This document shows positions 60,361 to 64,000 of a DNA stretch of 64,000 nt, piece by piece. The notes under the pieces were generated by a model. That model made no database searches. It had not been told where the DNA came from and saw only the letters and a program-made list of their open reading frames with translations. Origin of the DNA: Rhizodiscina lignyota (Eukaryota); assembly GCA_010015805.1 (NCBI GenBank), contig ML978122.1:2142453-2206452 (forward strand). Direction: 5' to 3'. Both the position numbers and the translations under genes were made by a program. Position 1 is the stretch's first letter. Every line of letters starts with the position of its first letter.

Positions 60361-61612
60361 ATGCGCTTCAACTCTCTCCCTCCAGCTCTCTCTTGCCTCG
60401 CACTCATCCTCCTCACATCCACCGCTCCCACATCAGCAACGCCATATCCAAAAGACTACCTTGATGAGCGAGATGCCACGTCACTACAGAACTCGACAAT
60501 AGCAAAACGCTGTGACAATCCATGTGGTTGGTCCGGCCAACTCTGCTGCGACGCCGGCCAGACATGCTACACCGACTCGAGTAACCAAGCACAATGCGGC
60601 GACGGTAGCGCCAGTGGTGCGACTGTCACTCAGGCTGCGACATCAGCTGCTGGAGACAGTGGCTACTGGCAGTATTATACCTCCACATGGGTCGACACAG
60701 CCCTAATCACGACGACCGCCGTCTACTCATCGTTCGTCTCTCAAGCGAGCGCTACCGCAGAAGCCACAGGCAGCTCACAGAGCCCATCTTGTGACTACGC
60801 AGCCAATGAGTCACCCTGTGGATCCATATGCTGCGCAAGCGGGCAATACTGCTTCACCAGCGGCCAGTGCGAAGACGCTGGAAATGGCGGGTACACCACC
60901 ACCGCCGTCGTCGCAGGCACTACGGCCAGCCCGCCGACCCGCCCAACCACGATATCCAACTCCCTCACCACGGAGACGATATCCCCGACAACGACGGTCC
61001 CGTTCCAGACGCCTGTTGCGACCGGCGCCAACGTCACCGTCACAGGCGCACAGGCAAGCAGTGGTGGTGGAGGCTTGTCCGGCGGCGCAATCGCAGGTAT
61101 CGTCATCGGCGTCATCGTCGGGCTCATCCTGCTCGCGCTGCTGTGCTTCTGCTGCATCGCCAAGGGCCTGTGGGATCTGTTCACCGGCATCATTTTCGGC
61201 CGACGACGAGAGCAACGAAGAAGGACCGAAGAGGTGTTCGTCGAGGAGCATTACCATCATGGCTCGGCGTCCGGTGGCGGTGGGCGCGTCTGGTACGGCG
61301 ACAGACCTTCACGGCCCTCGAGGGCGAATTCACCGAAGAGAGGAGGATGGGGAGGTTGGGGCACGGTCGCTGCGGGCCTGGGAGCGCTGGGGGTCGGGCT
61401 CGCGGGGAAGAGGGCTCTGGATAAAAGAAAGGTGAGGAGGGAGGAGAAGAGCGATATTAGTAGCTCGTATTATTCGTATGATTATACGAGTGAGAGTAGT
61501 AAGTCTTGACTGACATTCCTGAAAATCCGACCGAACAGAAGACTAACGGAGTAAAATAGGTCCAAGCAGCGTGACGCAAGACAGACGGACGAGACGAAGT
61601 TCGCGGAGATGA
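60361..61612 (+). CDS. Type I membrane protein with Cys-rich and Ser/Thr-rich ectodomain (Mid2/SKG6-like sensor architecture)
   Basis: Signal peptide, KR site before CDNPCG, two CC-containing modules, LSGGAIAGIVIGV transmembrane helix followed by CFCC, Arg-rich tail. Intron 61499-61559. Confidence 0.85.
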
Positions 61613-62363
61613 CCGTAATAAAACGACTCTAATGGGACGAACGACGTGGAATCATGAGAGATGTATATATTGTTTTACCTCCTGGCTCGGAAACGGAAAC
61701 GGAACGGCAGATTGTGCATACGCTGCTGGTGCGCTTTCTGAAGCTACGCGGTCGGGTGTTTGAAGCAAATGGGCATTCTGAGCATTAGCATTTGGAGGCG
61801 TTTCTGGGTTTCTGAAGGTCCGAGAAGTAATTATGAGCTCTCGAGGCTGAACATGCCGCTCCGAATCGATTTGTGGGGTTGTTTGTTCATAAACCCTGCA
61901 AGAAATTCTACATAAGAGTTGAAACGGCATTTTCGATTCGCCAATTTGCAAACACAGGGACACAAATCTAAAACTCAAACTGTGAGCATCAACTGATAAG
62001 TGTACAAGAAGAGCAGAAGAACATTCTCGAAAGGCAAACGTAATATCGTTCTTTGCAGAGGCGTACATATGTAGTGGAACCACTAAGCCACAAAATGTTT
62101 ACGCAACCCCCGCCTTCACAGATCTCGTCTGCGCCACCATCTTCGCAAGCCGTTCTCAATGTTAACCTCTTAACCTCTTTCGCTTCACCACATCTGTTCA
62201 GTCATGCAATTTTTGTATCATATGTCTCTTTCTTTCTCCAAAGGCTGGAAGCGGTCACGCTTTAAGTTCCCCTTCCGGACATTTCGCGCTGTATCCTTCC
62301 TCACTTAAAGGTCGCCGCTTTATTTAGACCTTTCTTATTGTGAATTCATTAGAATCGATTAAG

Positions 62364-64000
62364 ATGAATCGAGTGAACATCTCAACTTCAAACAGTGCGA
62401 TCCCACCCGACGCGAGACCGATCAACGATACACTCCTGACGGGTGACAGCCTCCTGGGACCTGTGCGCCGCCTTACTCCAGCAGAGACATGGGTTGCGCT
62501 TCAGACACCGTACCAGTACCAGTCGTTGGAGCCCGGTTGCGTCCGTCTAGTCAGTTTCGACGAGGGCACAACGGCAGACGATTATCTTGTCATCAACATT
62601 CAGAACGTTCTGCTTTGCAACGCTACAGAGTTGAATTCGTACGGTGCTGTCTCATACGTAGTATGTCCTTCGAACCCACTTAGCTCCTTGCGGCTTGCCG
62701 AGACTGCTGTTAACTTTGAGCGTCTCGATGTAGTGGGGAGAGCCCGATTTTACCGAGTCAGTGCTCTGCGAAGGGGGCAAATCTCATTTGAAGGTCACAA
62801 AGAGACTTCTGAATATTCTGCGCGCCCTGAATTCCTCGACCAGGAGTTCCGGAGAGGCAGATTTCGAGATCTTTCCCAAGTTCTGGATAGACGCAATTTC
62901 CATCAATCAGAATGATGTCCAAGAGAGAAACCATCAAGTTCATCAAATGGCTCAGATTTATCGTCGAGCTTCCCTTGTCCACATCTTTCTGGGCACACTA
63001 TCGCTCCACCCACACGAATGTCTGAAAAGCGAGTGGTTCCATCGACGCTGGGTAGTCCAAGAAGTCATGTCAGCCCGTGTAGCGATAGCACATTGCGACA
63101 ACGGAACATCGTTGTCTTGGGATAAGCTCATTCGCCAGACTAAAGCATACCTACCTAAAACGCCCCTTCCCGTCGACTTTAAAGGCACGGAATCCGCAGC
63201 GCGGATGGTCCACGAGCTAAGCTACTTGCACGACTGCGATATGATTAGGCCGGGGATCCTCTTCCTCCTTCTCAACTTCCAGCACACGCAATGTAAAGAT
63301 CCAAGAGACCGGCTCTTCGCTTTCTTCGGTGTTGCCGATGACCTCGCCCCACCCGCTCAAACGAATAGTTCCGGGGAAGTCGGCTTCTGCGATGAGGTAT
63401 CAGAAGAGAGGCAAGAGACCACGTCGGCCAAGATAGATTGCTCGATTGACTACAATCTCACGACAACCGAGCTCTACACTTACTTCGCTGAGGCAGTCCT
63501 ACGGTCATCTTATCCCTTTGACCTGTTACATTGCGCTGGTGCATTTAGAGATCGCAAGCTAATTAACGACCTGGCCGTTCCGTCAAGTCTTCCAACATGG
63601 GTCCCGGACTGGCGGCTACCGCCTCTGTACAGTCCTCTCCTGAATACCATCCAGTTCTGGTCTGGAAAGTGCACCTTTCCTGGCTCGGACGCCAATCCAC
63701 GCTTGAGATATTCAAAATCGGGCCCATTCTCGAAACCCGATATTCAGCTCCATCACAACGAGACACAGAGTAGAATTACCGTGGCCGGCGTCCGCATTGG
63801 AACTGTCTCTGCAGTTCTGGATTCTCCTCCCGACCCTCGCTGGTGGCACAAAGTCCCGTACGAGTACGAGAAAAGTGGGAGGAAGCTGGACAAATTCCTT
63901 GGCCGAGTTCGTGTCTCCGTTACGACGGTATCTGATCAATCTAGACTGGGGTGTGCGCCCCCTGACGTCAGGACTGGCGATGTTGTTGTGTGCTTTGCAG
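62364..64000 (+). CDS. HET-domain protein (HET-6-like), 3' end outside window
   Basis: Intron 62661-62733 joins YGAVSYV|WGE. FWIDAISINQND..ERNHQV..MAQIYRRA, WFHRRWVVQE, DPRDRLFA, LPTWVPDW. Confidence 0.9.

Overview
Eukaryotic DNA from a filamentous ascomycete (Pezizomycotina; short GT-AG introns with CTAAC/CTGAC branch sites, HET-domain and Zn2Cys6 genes). About 25 protein-coding loci can be supported. Core genes: CET1 (partial), RPN2, a CCC1/VIT1-family transporter, ILV1, glutathione peroxidase, SCC2/NIPBL, a GCP4-like gamma-tubulin complex subunit, SEN34 and a DUR3-like urea transporter. Accessory genes lie between them: a co-oriented island at 7.8-17.1 kb (terpene synthase, D-2-hydroxyacid dehydrogenase, an internally deleted PRISE-type reductase, a small secreted protein, an FMN alpha-hydroxyacid oxidase), two HET genes and several secreted proteins. 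The most unusual element is a ~135-nt intergenic unit at 42727-42871 with Pol III A and B boxes and an oligo-T terminator. By hand it folds into three long hairpins rather than a tRNA cloverleaf, so it is a candidate unannotated Pol III ncRNA. No CRISPR array, rRNA or intact transposon was recognised. Gene models, splice sites and folds were read by eye and no database was searched.
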